Origin: Camelus ferus | Lineage: Eukaryota | Reading direction: 5' to 3' | NCBI RefSeq assembly: GCF_009834535.1 | Contig: NC_045697.1 | Coordinates: forward strand, 21,330,001-21,394,000 | Length of the DNA: 64,000 nt | In this document: in pieces, positions 26,604 through 39,639 of the stretch | How positions within the stretch are numbered: position 1 is the first letter of the stretch | Layout of the letters: each line of letters starts with the position of its first letter | Notes under the pieces: model-generated | Database searches by the model: none | What the model saw: the letters and a program-made list of their open reading frames with translations, nothing else | What the model was told of the DNA's origin: nothing | Program-made: the position numbers and the translations under genes

Positions 26604-28034
26604 TAAAGAATATCTTTACTCTCAAAACCAACATATCCAGTTTGTTCATTTTTATAATTGTCCCTTCTTTTTTCTTGTTTGAAATATATTCCCTTTTCCT
26701 ACTCTGTGAATTCCATACATTTATTTTAAGATTTAGTTCTACGTGCCCCATTACCATATTGTGTTATAAATGTTTGTTGTTTTCCATTAGGCGTATATAA
26801 AACTTAGCATGGAGCTTGACTAGGGTGACATTTTTCCCTCCCCATGACACAAACACGGTGGCTGACCTTGTGGGTAAGGGCCACAGGACATTGGTTAAGA
26901 CTCAAGCCTTTGTCTTTGTTATAATCCAAACCCTCAAGTTTCCAGAATTAAGTTCCCAGTCTAATTATCAACTGCAGTGCATATAATAAAATAAGCTCTA
27001 CTCTGGTCTAGCTGGAAATTCCTCACCTGGCTTGTATTTAAGCCCTGGATTTACCCAGGCTGATGGGCGAGAGGAAAACCTCCATCCCGGTCCTTCCCAC
27101 ATTAGCCACCACTGATTCAGTCACACACAAGCCCATTTGTTCTCCTCGCACTTCGTAGTTCCAGGCTTTCCTAAATTTACATCATAATTTCTACTCTGTA
27201 CTGCTCTTCCTATTCTGGCCAATACTAGACTTGAAGCTCAAGAATGCATTTGAAGCCTGCCTACCATCATGGTCAGTTTGGGAATTTTTACCACACTGTG
27301 ACTGGTCCTGGTGTATGCGAATTTATAGACGTCTCATTCAGGTTTCATTAACAAACATTCACACATTGCTTCACTGAATCTAACCCAATTTGTATAAAAC
27401 ATCATCACATTTACTTCAAACAAAATACAGCTTGATGAAAAAACAATGATATATCTCTTTCTTAACAAAAAGAAAAACATGTCTCCTTTTATTTGTTTTC
27501 TATGTGTTTTCCAGTGCATCCCGGTTGATGAAATTGTCATCATATTACAGCATGTCTCTATGACACGTGTGACATTTGGTCAGTAGTTCTCATTTTAATC
27601 AAATGAGGACATGCTAGCAAGTTGATGATTCAATTATGGGATCTGAAACTGTAAGCTTCGCCCAGGTACGCTGTTATTGGTTTGGTTTTTTTTTTCCCCA
27701 TATGGTTAACAATAGTCCTTTACATCTGTGGATTTTAGCTTTCTCTAGGATTTAAGGCATTACAATGTATTTAAACAACATGCCAAAATTAAAAATGTAA
27801 TAGGTCCTGGAAGTTTCCAAATGGTGCCATCAAATATAAAGATGCTATCAAGCTGAAATATGCCCTTGGGTAAAACTGCCCACTCTTTTGTAAATCCAAA
27901 TGTATTTGGTTTTGTACTGGAAATTTTCTGCTGAATACATTATTGGCAATAGGAAAAATTAATCAAGCCAAAAGATTGTTATAGCATCTCAGCTGCATCC
28001 TTCAACTTTGAAGTATTTAATATTCCTATTGTTT

Positions 28035-28086
28035 GTGTATGTGTGTGTGTGTACGTGTGTGTATGTGTATGTGTGTGTGTGTGCAT
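28035..28086. repeat. Imperfect (TG)n microsatellite
   Basis: tgtgtatgtgtgtgtgtgtacgtgtgtgtatgtgtatgtgtgtgtgtgtgca. Confidence 0.9.
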
Positions 28087-29939
28087 ACGCATTTTCCTAC
28101 TGAAGCTGCCAATAATTTTTTTTTCTTGATTCTGTTGAAATGTATTACTTTCTAGGTGTTAATCAATGAGGTGTATTATGCAGATTACGTTTTTCCTGTG
28201 AAAAGTATTCAGATTATGGGCAGGTTCTAGAGGTTGCTATCATAAATATGACAGTTATAAAACATAGTCAATATACTTCTAAGATTCTAAATATATTGTT
28301 CTACCTTTATTGAACTTATAAAAATAAAAATATATGGCAATAAAAGTTAATTTAAGAACATATTTAAATAATGTACAATGTAACGTTGCTAATGATAAAA
28401 ATGACACTTTATCACAGTGGATGTCCTAGCTAAAACCAGAACAGATTCTCAGCAAAATAACTTAATATTTTAGTAAAAACTGACTTCCAATCTAATATTA
28501 CTTAAATGCTGTTATAGTATTCAGTTGTTTGACAGCATTTTAGAATATATTTTATTATCTCAATAGCATTGGAGAGACAAGAAATATTCTTAGCTCTAGT
28601 TCCAAACTTCAGTAAAAAGTCATTACTCTTGTCTTCTGTGATAGGAAGTTGCATTCTGAGAAAACAAATGATCACAAGTATTTCTTCTAATATTTCTTAA
28701 TATCTTGATTGTACTGGTTGTCAAACATAAGGTCAGTCTCTAAAGCTTACACTTCTGTGGAGGAAGTCATCCTTTGATTTTGAAGAATTAAATAAAAAAG
28801 AGCTATTTGAAGGACAGTAACAAAAATCAAGAGTATGCCGTAATTTTAATAACTTAAATGAATATGCCAGGAATAAAGTCATGCCAACAATTAATATTTT
28901 ATTGAAACATGAAGTACTATGAATATTGCTCCTAGACACTAGTGGGTTATATACTTTTGACAGGGTCCTCTTTTGAGACATTAATTTCTTTCTAGGTGTC
29001 TCAACATAGGAATCTTAAAAGAATGGGAAGTTAAATTTCCTGTCCACCTCACCTCCACTTTCAGGAGTACAGAGCACTCTTTTCCAAAGGATGTTAATGA
29101 TATATTGTTTTTCAGGGGGAAAAAAGGGAAGACTTGAATTGACTGTAGAGGTGAAGTGCAGGAGGCTGGTTCTTGGAGGTGAAGATTGGTTATAAATTCC
29201 AGAATTGCAGAGAGGAGAAGGCTGGCAGGATAGAGAAAAGATGGAGGTATAGGTCTCAATCCTCATGTAACATCATGGACTTTATATGATTCTGAGGGTT
29301 TAATGTATAGATATTTAGGGCCTGCAGAATTAATCAGTAACTGTGGCTTTGAGAAAGGCAGGTGAGTTTCTGCTTACCATATTTAACATTGAAAGATGCT
29401 TTCTACTTTTATTCCTCTTTTCTTTTTCCCCTTAATTTTATTAAATTTTAAAATGTAGGTATAAGACGTATATGTCACAGATCCACAGTCTATTCCAGTT
29501 CAAGCTTTTAGTTAGAATACTAAAATCCCCAGTCTTACGATTTACCAAGTGGTTTGTTGAAATATCAAATTAAACAAATAAGTTGATGGTGTTTTAGGAA
29601 AGTTTAATATATGCACCAGGCATTTTGGCAAGATTGTGGTCACTCTAAGTACAACCAAATTTCAACTGCCTGGAAACTCTTGTTTTTGAAATATAGACAT
29701 AGATAGCTTTGTCTCTGCTTGCTGGGATTACTCATTCAAAATAATGATTTAAAAATGAGACACAGGAGAACATCCCTTGTCCATCCTGATGAGAGTGGCA
29801 GCATGTGATGAGCAATTATTTGTGTTATAAAAGATATTATTGGCAAAGCTCTCAAGTGATTAAATCTTGTACTCAAGATCTGCATTACCTTGTCCAAGGT
29901 GATATTGCATCTAGATAGAAGGGTAATATAGTTAGTACT

Positions 29940-30065
29940 TTTCCTGGTCTCATAGACTTTTCTAAGCCTGGTTCTCCAGGTTTCAGTGAGCTTCTGTGAG
30001 CTCTTTCCTATACTTCATTGATATTCAACTTAAACAAGATAGAGTAAGCTTTTGTCTTGAAAGGG
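29940..30065 (+). mobile_element. Possible old MLT1 LTR 3' end
   Basis: 'gcttctgtgagctc...aacttaaacaagatagagtaagcttttgtcttgaaa' is a weak match to MLT1 3' ends. Confidence 0.3.
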
Positions 30066-32479
30066 CACACATTGGATTGATGAACTATTTGAGCCTGGTG
30101 TAAATGACAGCAGTGTTGAGGAAGCTTTCAAAATGGAAGTTTTCATAGAATGTGTCAGGTTTGATAATTGCTAAATCTTCTTTAGAGATGTTTTGATAAC
30201 TTCCATATCCACATGCAGAATAAGTTTTCTTGAATGTATTAAGACTGTCTAGGTCACTTGTCCTTTTGTTTTTCTTTCATTGGTTTTATAGGAAAATGTA
30301 AGATTTTCCTTGTAAACTGTGTAAAGGTGTGCCTTAGTGTTATACAGAAGGAAGGAAGAATGCCAAGCTACACAATTTCCCAGAGAAACATAACACATGT
30401 GAAGTTGCTTGATCAGTGTCAGAAATTTTATACAATCTAAGAAACTTAGAATAAGAGATCATAAACCAAAAATTACAGCCTCTGTTTCTGCAGAGCATTG
30501 AAACCATGTGAATGCCAACAATTTTCTTGTAAGGATCATATCATCTACCATTTTTTGAGGCATGCTATATAAATCCAGAAACAAAATACATGCCATCCTC
30601 AGTCAATCAGATCATCTTGAGATGGTTTTTAAATCATACACAAGAAGAGTAGCTAATGATGTAGTAAGAGTGTAAGACTCCACTGACAGAACTTTCTTCA
30701 GTGACCCTGAGATTGAATGTAGGCATGTGTCTTCCTGATCTTCCTTTTATTAGAGGCTTCAAAAATATTTTGTCAAATCTATCCAGATTTGGACAGAAAA
30801 AAAGAAAAACAAATATGATCTAACACTTCTGATAAATACATAACACAAAACTTTTCAAAATAGCTGCTCAGATAGGAAAACCTAATATACGAATAGGTAT
30901 TTGAGATACAAACCAATATGTCTATACACTAGAGAAGTATTTTGATGGATGTGGTGTTTCTTTCCAAATCCCGCTTCCCAAACTAGGAGTGGAAGCCCCT
31001 GCTGAAACAAAAGGATCACATCTAACTCTATAATTTCAGCCTCTCTAATCTTCATCCACTGCACCTGGTTCATTGTCTCCATTTACTCGACCCATTTCCA
31101 CAGGCTAGAGTTACAGCCTTCACTGGCTGCCGGCCAAAAACAAACAAAGCAAAGAATAAGTGAGTCTTTGCATCCATGCCTCCCCAACACAACACCAGAC
31201 AGGAAAAAAAAAAAAAAAAAAGCTTGCAATCATTACAGCATTTTTAAATAAAAGCATGCCACTATCAATATCTTAATTTTAAAAAATATTATTTAATTGT
31301 GATTTTTAAGAGTACCTTTGAAAAGAGTTACTTTTGGATCCTGTGGTGGAATTTCACTTGCCACTGGTTTAACTGATTGTCTACATTCTGCATTTTCAAT
31401 CTTGTGAATAGATACGCGTGGGTTTTGCTGTAGTAAGCATTATTGCTGAAGTGTTTTGAGTACATGCTAGGAATTTTACACATATTTTAGACAAGGGGGC
31501 TGCATCTGTGGAAATTTATATATGGAGTGTTAGGTATAACTGTACATATGCAAACTTGTTTAGAAAATATGCAAATCTCTTGTTGTTATTAATACTAACA
31601 CCTGTCCAAACCATGTGTTATTAACTCATAGAGAGAAAATGTATGTATTTGTTGTAATGTAGAGATTTGCTAACATGAATATTTCTAACAATTCATTTTT
31701 ACATTTTTCTGGGAGCTTCATTTTTGGCTCCCAATCTGAGAGAATAAAACAAACTGTACTACGGTTCTAAAAGTAGATTTCTAAGCAAATATGTTTTGAT
31801 AAATGTTGAAAAGTAAACAAGAACAAAATATATTTTTGTGTGCAAAATACAATTTGAGGTTTTAATGCTTCTCATTCAACTGATTATTATAGATATTTTT
31901 GGTCTTCAAACTCATTGTATTGTGTAAAGCACCCTTTCCTGAGCAAAAGCTGTAGTTTACACATTAACAACCCAGCTACAGAAAAAAGTAAATGAGCTAA
32001 ACGACAGATGTGATAAGGAAGAAGGGAAGGTGAATGTCTTTCTAACCAGGGGATTGGGAAAAATTCACATGCCAGTAGACAATGTAGCCAAATCTTAAAA
32101 TATAGGCAAGTATATGACATGGGAAACTGTGCCCGCCTGCTGCAAATTTTATGGAAACAGTCTTAGTTTAGACAATAGTGATAGTTTATTAGGCTACAGT
32201 TATAATTTTGTTTTATTTTTCAGTCCCATTAGTAGTTAATAGTAAAGATCATTGTATGTAAAATCGGTTAAAAAAATTAGTGGAGACAAAAATTCTGACA
32301 GCGTCCGATGGGCTCTATTTTCAAGCCTGTGCAATGGAATGGTTGTGTGCAGTGAGTTTATTGATCCAGGTCATGAGCCTTTCAGTCTCTGCTTTGTGGT
32401 AAGGTCCTACTGGAGAGAACAAGCCGGGCCTGCCCGGGGTTTCTTGCTCCTTTGGCTAAGGCAGACACAGGCCCTGAGG

Positions 32480-33550
32480 CGCCAGCATTTGGTGTGGTCG
32501 GTGTTCTGGAATTTTGGCCATTTTAATAGGTGTATACTAGAATCTCACTATTTTTTTTTTGTAATTCTAAAACTATGCAATAATTTGTTTACTTAATCTT
32601 TAATTAAATTTTATAACATTTTTCTATATCTCAGTTGCAATAAACAGTAGTGTGGTAAGAAAAGAATATTTAATCTTTGTCGGTATGAATCTCAGTGAAA
32701 AACATTCGAACATTTCCAAGTTACTTAGAAACACACTTGAGTCATACACAAAATTTCCAACTCTATGAGTTCAGAGGCATATAATCCATATTTATATAAT
32801 TTTTATGAATATTTATATGTAATATATTCTTTGTTGTTGTTGCTTCAATTTGCAATTCCCTCAAGGCATACGATGTGGAACATTTTTTCACATGCTGATT
32901 TGTTCTCTATATATCTTTTTTTAATTGAGATGTTTGTCTTTGCCTCATTTTTAGTCAATTTGTTGTTATTGTTGATTTTTAAGAGTTCTTTGTATATTTC
33001 GGATAATGATCCTTTATTCAAGGTGTATTTTGCAAAATTTTCTCAGTCTGTTGCTTGCCTTTTCACACTTTAACAGACTCTTTCACAGAACAGAGGCTGT
33101 GTTTGTTTTATTTTAATGAAGTTCAGCTTATCAATTCTTTCTTTCATGCTTGTTGCCTTTGGTGTTGTATATATAAAGACATCTCCAAAACTAAGGTAAT
33201 CAAGACTTTCTCCTGTGTCTTCTTCCAGGAGTTTTATGGTTTTGCAATTTGCATTTAGGTCTGTGATCCATTTTGAGTTAATTCTTGTGATGGATATAAG
33301 GTCTGTGTCTAGATTCATTTTTTTGCACACAGATGTCCAGTTGTTCCAGTCCCATTTGTGAAAAAGGTTACTTTGCTCCATTGCATTGCCTTCACTTCTT
33401 TGTCATAAGTGGACTATATTTATATGGATTATTTTTTGGCTCTCTGGTCTGTTCCATTGATCTACTTGTGTATTCTTTCACTAACACTCCACTGTTTTGC
33501 TTACGGTAGCTTTATGCTGTGTGTTAAAAGTCGGGGAGTATCAGTCCTCA
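32480..33550 (-). mobile_element. L1MB/MC-like LINE-1, ORF2 C-terminal region (interrupted at ~32561-32830)
   Basis: ORF 33070-33381 (-) reads LFHKWDWNNWTSVCKKMNLD...INSKWITDLN...TIKLLEE, a clear L1 ORF2p homologue. Confidence 0.9.
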
Positions 33551-33629
33551 GGCTCCATTAAACTTAACCACCTTATAGTTAAATTAACCACTTTTAAAAT
33601 GGAAGTCAGTGTGGCAGTAAATTAAGCAG

Positions 33630-33880
33630 GATGGTGAAAGGGTTAAATGAAGGCTCTGGTCTCAGACAGTTTAGGATTGAATACCAGCTCTGCTCCTTAC
33701 TAGTCCCGTGATGTTAGACATAGGCAATCCCCTTTGCTTGTTTAAAACTCAGTTTCCTAATCTTTAAAATGGGAATATTGGAGGGTGAATCTCATTGCAT
33801 TGTGAAATTAAGTAAAATTTTGCATCTGCAGTGTTATGCAAGGTGCATCTCAAGTAAGGTGAGCTATATCATTATTCTCG
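33630..33880 (+). mobile_element. MIR SINE
   Basis: 'ggattgaataccagctctgctccttactag...ctcagtttcctaatctttaaaatgggaata'. Confidence 0.8.
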
Positions 33881-34054
33881 GTGGCAGCAGATTTATTATT
33901 GATGAAGCATTGTCAGCCAACTCTGGATTCCAATTCTTGTTCTGGGGATTATGTAGCTACAAAGGGTATTGTGAGTATGGAACCTAAAAACACCTAGCAA
34001 AGCCCCAGCACAAGGAAGCCCTAAGAAAATGTTAGGGAATTGGATAATTGGAAA

Positions 34055-34205
34055 TCAGTCTCTCTGATAGTCAATTTCCTTTTCTGTAAAAAGCGTGATA
34101 TTTAATACCTGCCTTTCAGTGTTCTTGCCAAAATAAAATCAGATTATACATTTAATTGCCTGCAGTAGTTTAAGGACTGAACAAATTACATCATCATTAT
34201 TATAT
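34055..34205 (+). mobile_element. MIR SINE fragment
   Basis: 'tcaatttccttttctgtaaaaagcgtgatatttaatacctgcc'. Confidence 0.55.
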
Positions 34206-34484
34206 TATCGAGACATATTTTGACTACAGAGCTTGAAGTTTATTGTTCGCCACAGTCCAAACTATGTCATTTGAAAAAAAAATAGCATGTTGCATTTTTT
34301 TGGCTGTTTTAATTTAATGCACTGATTTGTTTGCTTGAATGAAAGCTAGCTCAAAAGTCCAAAATAAAAATGAGGGAAAAGGAGACCTGCTCTGATTGAA
34401 GCAGTGGGAAATGAAGATTTCCTCTTACTGAACCCATTGCCCCTCCCATCAACGTGCCCTTGAAGTGTCTCTGTGCAAAACCAA

Positions 34485-34610
34485 TGATCTAGTCCAACCT
34501 TCTCATTTCACATAGAAAAGCTGAAAAGTGAATTTACTCCAACAAAGCTGCAGAGAAAGTTAAAGGCAGAACAGGAATAAAATCAAAGATCGGAGATCTC
34601 TGGTCCTTGC
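34485..34610 (-). mobile_element. MIR SINE fragment
   Basis: 'atctagtccaaccttctcatttcacatagaaaagctga...ggcagaacaggaataaaatc'. Confidence 0.5.
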
Positions 34611-36199
34611 TTTTCCTAGTAAAAGGCGTGAGCACCACCCTGGGCTTGACAGTGACATCATGATGTATGGGTTGTATCACAGGTTCCCGGGAGGCAGGGA
34701 CAGTGGAATTTATTCTGCAGTTGCAAGTGCTTTGGGCACTTACTACGTAGTTTGCTGCTCCATTCAGTTCTCTCGCGGTTGAAATTTATTGACTGACAGT
34801 CGTTTGGTTTTATTTTGTAAAATAAAATTTTAATTCGTATGTTGAATTATTATTAGGCTATTCTGCAAAGTTGGCGAAGATTAAATGTTTCATAGATCAG
34901 CATTCTAAATGGCCATGCCACAGAGCCAAAATTATGAAATGCACTTTCCTATTTTTTAGTCTACGTGAATATGATTTAAAATACCTTCTCCTTTTAAAAA
35001 AATACCATAAACAATAGTTTCAAAGAGTTTTCAGTGACAAAATGTTGACACTAAAAATATTTTTGCAATTGTAATAAAGTGACAAAGCACTGATCGATCA
35101 TTCAAAGAAAATGGCAGTACCATTCTGGTTAGCACAATCTATTATTTACTGTTAAATTAAAAATATATTTCAAAAGTAAACTATTATTATCAAATTGATA
35201 GCTGAAAAATGGTAAAAAAATAATCTTCATTATTTGGGGGGTTTTTTGGTCTTCAGAAATGAAATGTAATGATGTATTTTAAAATGCTCTAGTTAATAAA
35301 AATTTGGAGTAAGTGTGCTAAACTGAGTAGGGTTGAATGTGGGTTCCTCTAAAATGTTGCTAAAACAACTTGATGAGTTATCGCTTACCATAGCAAGGGA
35401 AATAACCATCTCCATAAAGTTTTAGTGAAAAAAAATTCAGGATATTTATGAGATTTTGAAGTCTGCTTTAGGATGCCACTCTTCGCAGGGGCTTTGTTGG
35501 AATTCCACAGGATCATAATGTAATAGCTTAGGATTGGTGGATGCAGTAAGTAGGTGAGACATTTGAGACAAGTGGGGCATCAGAGTTTTGGGGTGTAAGC
35601 TGTCCTTTGATACTTCCTACTGAAGAGTTTCTGCGTCTTTCAGGTAGTTCCTAAGATAAATAATAAAATTATTTGCCACTTTTATTTTCCTAGGCAAAGC
35701 ACTCCCAGAATATTAAAGCCATGATGATGAAGAGAATGAATTGTAAAGTCATATTAATGAAAACAGTAAGCTGTGTAGATTTAGACATTTGGGTTTTCAG
35801 AGGATTCACATGTCAGAAAGATAAGAGTGAAAAAAATAAAATCAGAAATTGTGTACGCTTTCAAACTGCAAAAATATAAGGATTTTATTTCCCTCCACAA
35901 AATTAACCCGTATATATGTTTTCAAAAGCGTTCCCACGTCTGTTGCAAACTTCTAATGGATTGTCTGAAAATGTGTGCTCTGAAACCTCAAAGATTCTTC
36001 TCCAGTGTCATTCTCACTGCGTCAAAGAGTTAACGACATTTTCACAGACAATTTACACCTTGTTCCTTGAAGTACCTACCCCAGGGTGCCTTTGCCTCCA
36101 GCTGAAGGTACCAGATAAAGAGTCTGCAGAGAAATTTGCCCTTAATCTTAGTAGCTGCTCCATTGCCTGCACAAATTCCGTATCTAATCTTTTCCTCTC

Positions 36200-36900
36200 T
36201 TCAATTCATTCTTTCATTCATTCAACAAATAACTGCCGGGTTCCTGGTATGGACAAGACAATATAGCAGCGATGGGGACCAAGACGAGAGAGGAAATCAC
36301 AGTCCTGAGCTTCATTTCCTTCTGCTTGGGAAAAAAAATCAGTGAACAGTTAGCATTGTAATCACCCTGAGGGATGAAGGAAGACACAGGCTGGGGTCCA
36401 AACAAACATAGAATAAGAAAAGCAAACCTAGTGTGGCCAGGAATGGTTTAGGAAAGATTTTTTGAAAAAGTGAAGTTTAAGCATGAACTTCCTTATGAGT
36501 ACGATTTAGCCAGGCAAAATGGCAGTGGGAGGGAGAAGACAGAATGTTGGTCACAGAAAAAGCATTCATTTATTCATTAATTGAACAAGCATGCATTTCA
36601 CTCTTTGTAGAGTAGACACTTTTCCAGCATTGTAAATATAGTATTAAAAGGGGAATAGAAACAAACAAACAAAAGAAATGGGAGAGTTATATTCACACAA
36701 TAGACAGAAAAGAACATAGTGTAGTGTGGCTATGGACTTGAAAACATACATAGGGCTCGTGTTAAGAAAAAAAATGGGATGAAAATTTGCAGAGTTAGAT
36801 GAGGTTAGAGTAGCCAGGACCCTTGTCTAAGCTGTGTCAAGGAATTTAGACTTTTCTTAAAGATACTGAAAACTGCAGAATTTTAAGCTTACAAAGAGTT
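36200..36900 (-). mobile_element. L2 LINE fragments
   Basis: 'ttcattcattcaacaaata' tails at ~36210 and ~36570; 'aggaaagattttttgaaaaagtgaagtttaagc', 'gtcaaggaatttagacttttctt'. Confidence 0.65.
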
Positions 36901-36935
36901 TCATGCTTTCTCTTAAAAAAAAAAAAAATGCAGCC

Positions 36936-38770
36936 CTAGATACACATAAGAATTTTAAAACTGCCTTCCAAGACTGCCTTACATGTGTACTATGCATGAG
37001 GAATTAAATAAATTGAGAGTGAATGGTAAGAATCAGGTCATTGTCAGCTAAAAAAGTTCAGATAAATAAGAAATAAAGAATGGAATATATGCTATGGAAC
37101 TGGACTAAAGCCTGAGACATCAGTATGAACTCATGATTATGTATATATGTGTATATATACACATATATATATAAACACATAATATCACACACAGAGAAAC
37201 AGTTACAGCTATCTGAGTACACATTGGTTAGAACATGTATATTCTCTAGTTCTGTCTGTTGAGAGGGCCTAGAAACAAGGATACCTCAGCAGAAAGGATT
37301 ACACTCAGCACTCAGATTTTAGTTCCAAACAATATTCTCTAATAAAAAAATAATATTCTTTGGATTAATAACTGATTTTAGAGTTCACACAGGGAAAATG
37401 CAAACTAAGCCTGGAGCATCCTGTAATACCATTAAGAATGTTCTAAAAAGAATTAGTAAGACATGTCAACAGGACATAAGGGCCAAACTAAAAAATACTC
37501 CCAAAGACCAAATTTTGCACAATTTGAGCAACAATATAAACATAATTGTGGATTATAATCCTACATAAAAATAGTACTATGTAAGTCCATACTGATATAA
37601 ACAAATGATTAAGTAAACCAGTAAATGTGGAAGACATAAATTTTCTTACAGAAGATTTCCAAAAATATAAATATATATATAGTCCTTCTAATAATTAGGG
37701 CTTAGATCCCCACTACAACCCCATACCCATGACAGGGCACTAGACTTAGTGACTAGCTTTCAAAATACAGAATAGGAAAAGGGAAAAATAGTAATCCTAT
37801 GGTAGAAAAACCTGGCGATTACTGCCCTAAACATAAGTGATGAAGGTGAACGTTATCATCTTCCTCCTGATATGATGTGATGACAAGGACATTAGTCTGT
37901 GGCACTCTTTTCAAAACTTCATAACCTGATTCTAATTATGAGGAAATAAATAAATATATATACAGACAGAGAGAGAGAGAGGGAGGGAGAGAGACAGACA
38001 GACAGGAAGGCAGGCAGTCAGGCAGATCCAGCTTGGGAGTATTTTCCTAGAGACTTCCTTGCTAGGACTCCTCAAGATTGTCAAAGTGATGAACAACAAG
38101 GAAAGACTGAAAACCTATCCCAGACCAGCAGGGTCAGGGAAGAGAGGAGGACTAAATAAAATATAGTGCTGATACTCCAGCCTGAATATTTGTGTCCTGC
38201 CAAAATTCACATGTTGAAACCTAACTCTCAAGGTGATGGTGGTGGGGCCTTTGGGAGGTGATCAGGTCATGAGGGCAGAGCTCTCATGAATGAGATTAGT
38301 GTCCATATAAAGTCACCCCAGAGAGAGCGATGGCCCCCTTTCACCATGTAGGGGCACAACCAGAAGACAGCCATCTATGAACCAGGAAACAGACCCTCAC
38401 CAGACACCGGATCTGCTGGCACTTGAATCTCAGACTCCCCATCCTCTAAAACTGTGAGAAGTGAAAGTTGGTTAATCTTCCCCAGTCTATGGTGTTTTTG
38501 TTACAACAGCCCAAACAGACTAAAACACCTAGACTATATCAAGGGACAGAAAAAGACCATTAACAGAAAAAGTGATGAAATCCACTGGAGTTTAGTTCAC
38601 ACCAATACATCAATGTCAGTTTCTTAGTTTTGACAAATATACCAGAGTAAAGTAAGATGTTAACAATGGGAGAAACTAGGTAGGAGCTTTACAGAAACTC
38701 TTCGTGTTTTTGCAGTTTTCCTGCTAATCCAAAAATTATTTCAAAATAAAAAGTTTAAATATAAATAAAT
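36936..38770 (+). mobile_element. L1MD/MC-like 3'UTR, interrupted by an MLT1A LTR
   Basis: 'gagagggcctagaaacaaggatacctcagcag', 'taagcctggagcatcctgtaatacca' and terminal 'aaaattatttcaaaataaaaagttt'. Possible TSD aaaatgcagcc (36925-36935) / aaaaggcagcc (38771-38781). Confidence 0.75.
38173..38527 (+). mobile_element. MLT1A-like MaLR solo LTR
   Basis: 'ctgaatatttgtgtcctgccaaaattcacatgttgaaacctaa...gggcctttgggaggtgatcaggtcatgagggcagagc...cagcccaaacagactaaaaca'. Confidence 0.9.
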
Positions 38771-39639
38771 AAAAGGCAGCCTCTTACCTGTCAAGGCCGG
38801 CAGGACACTACCCCCCAGCCAAGGTCATGCCTTTCCTCAGCTACTGAGTGTCCACCGAGAGGTCTTCAAACACTACAAGTTAATTATGTTTTAACAGATA
38901 TTGGCTCTGAAAATGTTACTTGGATTTTTCTTTTCTCAAGTGAGCCAGAAAACACTTCAGAAATGATTTGTGTTGGCTTGTTTGTTTTTTTTTTTTATCT
39001 GTTTAGAATAACTGCCACAAAAAAGAAATAATTTCAAAAAATAAATGAAAGCAAGCATGTTCTCAAAAAACTATTAAAGGACAGAGAGAATATTATATTT
39101 GACAAGTCGACACTAAACATCTTATTTTTGTGTAAATCGCTGCAGATGTCAGGAATAAACATTATTAGAGAGTGGGAAGAATTAGTTTTTAGCATGAAAA
39201 ATATTCAAACTTACTTCTTCCTTGGTGACTTTTAAGATGCAGTTATTTTTGGAATGTTTTTAACAACAACAGGGCCATAACTACACAGCATGACTATGTG
39301 CAAGTCCCTTCTGACTTGTTTCTAACGGATTTTTTTCTTTCTTTCCTTCTTTTTTTTTTTTCACTGAGACCTACATGACACTGCTCTAATGGTTCAGTAA
39401 TGAGCCAGCCGAGAGCCTGTTCAATTGCACAGAATAGTGATTTCCAGAGGTCACTCCTGATTGGTCAGAAGCAGGAGAGACTATACTGTCAAGTTTTTTG
39501 CACCCTTTTATTAAGCTCTTCCTGAGCATGAAGTATCCACAAACTCTTTCTGCTTTAGAGTTTTGCATGGCTGTAGACTCATTATGACCAAAGCCTACCC
39601 CAAGAACCTACCTTACTTTCTAATTTCCATATACATTTG

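Noticed and set aside
33070..33381. 103-aa ORF as a host gene
   Set aside because: It is an L1 ORF2p C-terminal fragment within a truncated, disrupted LINE-1.
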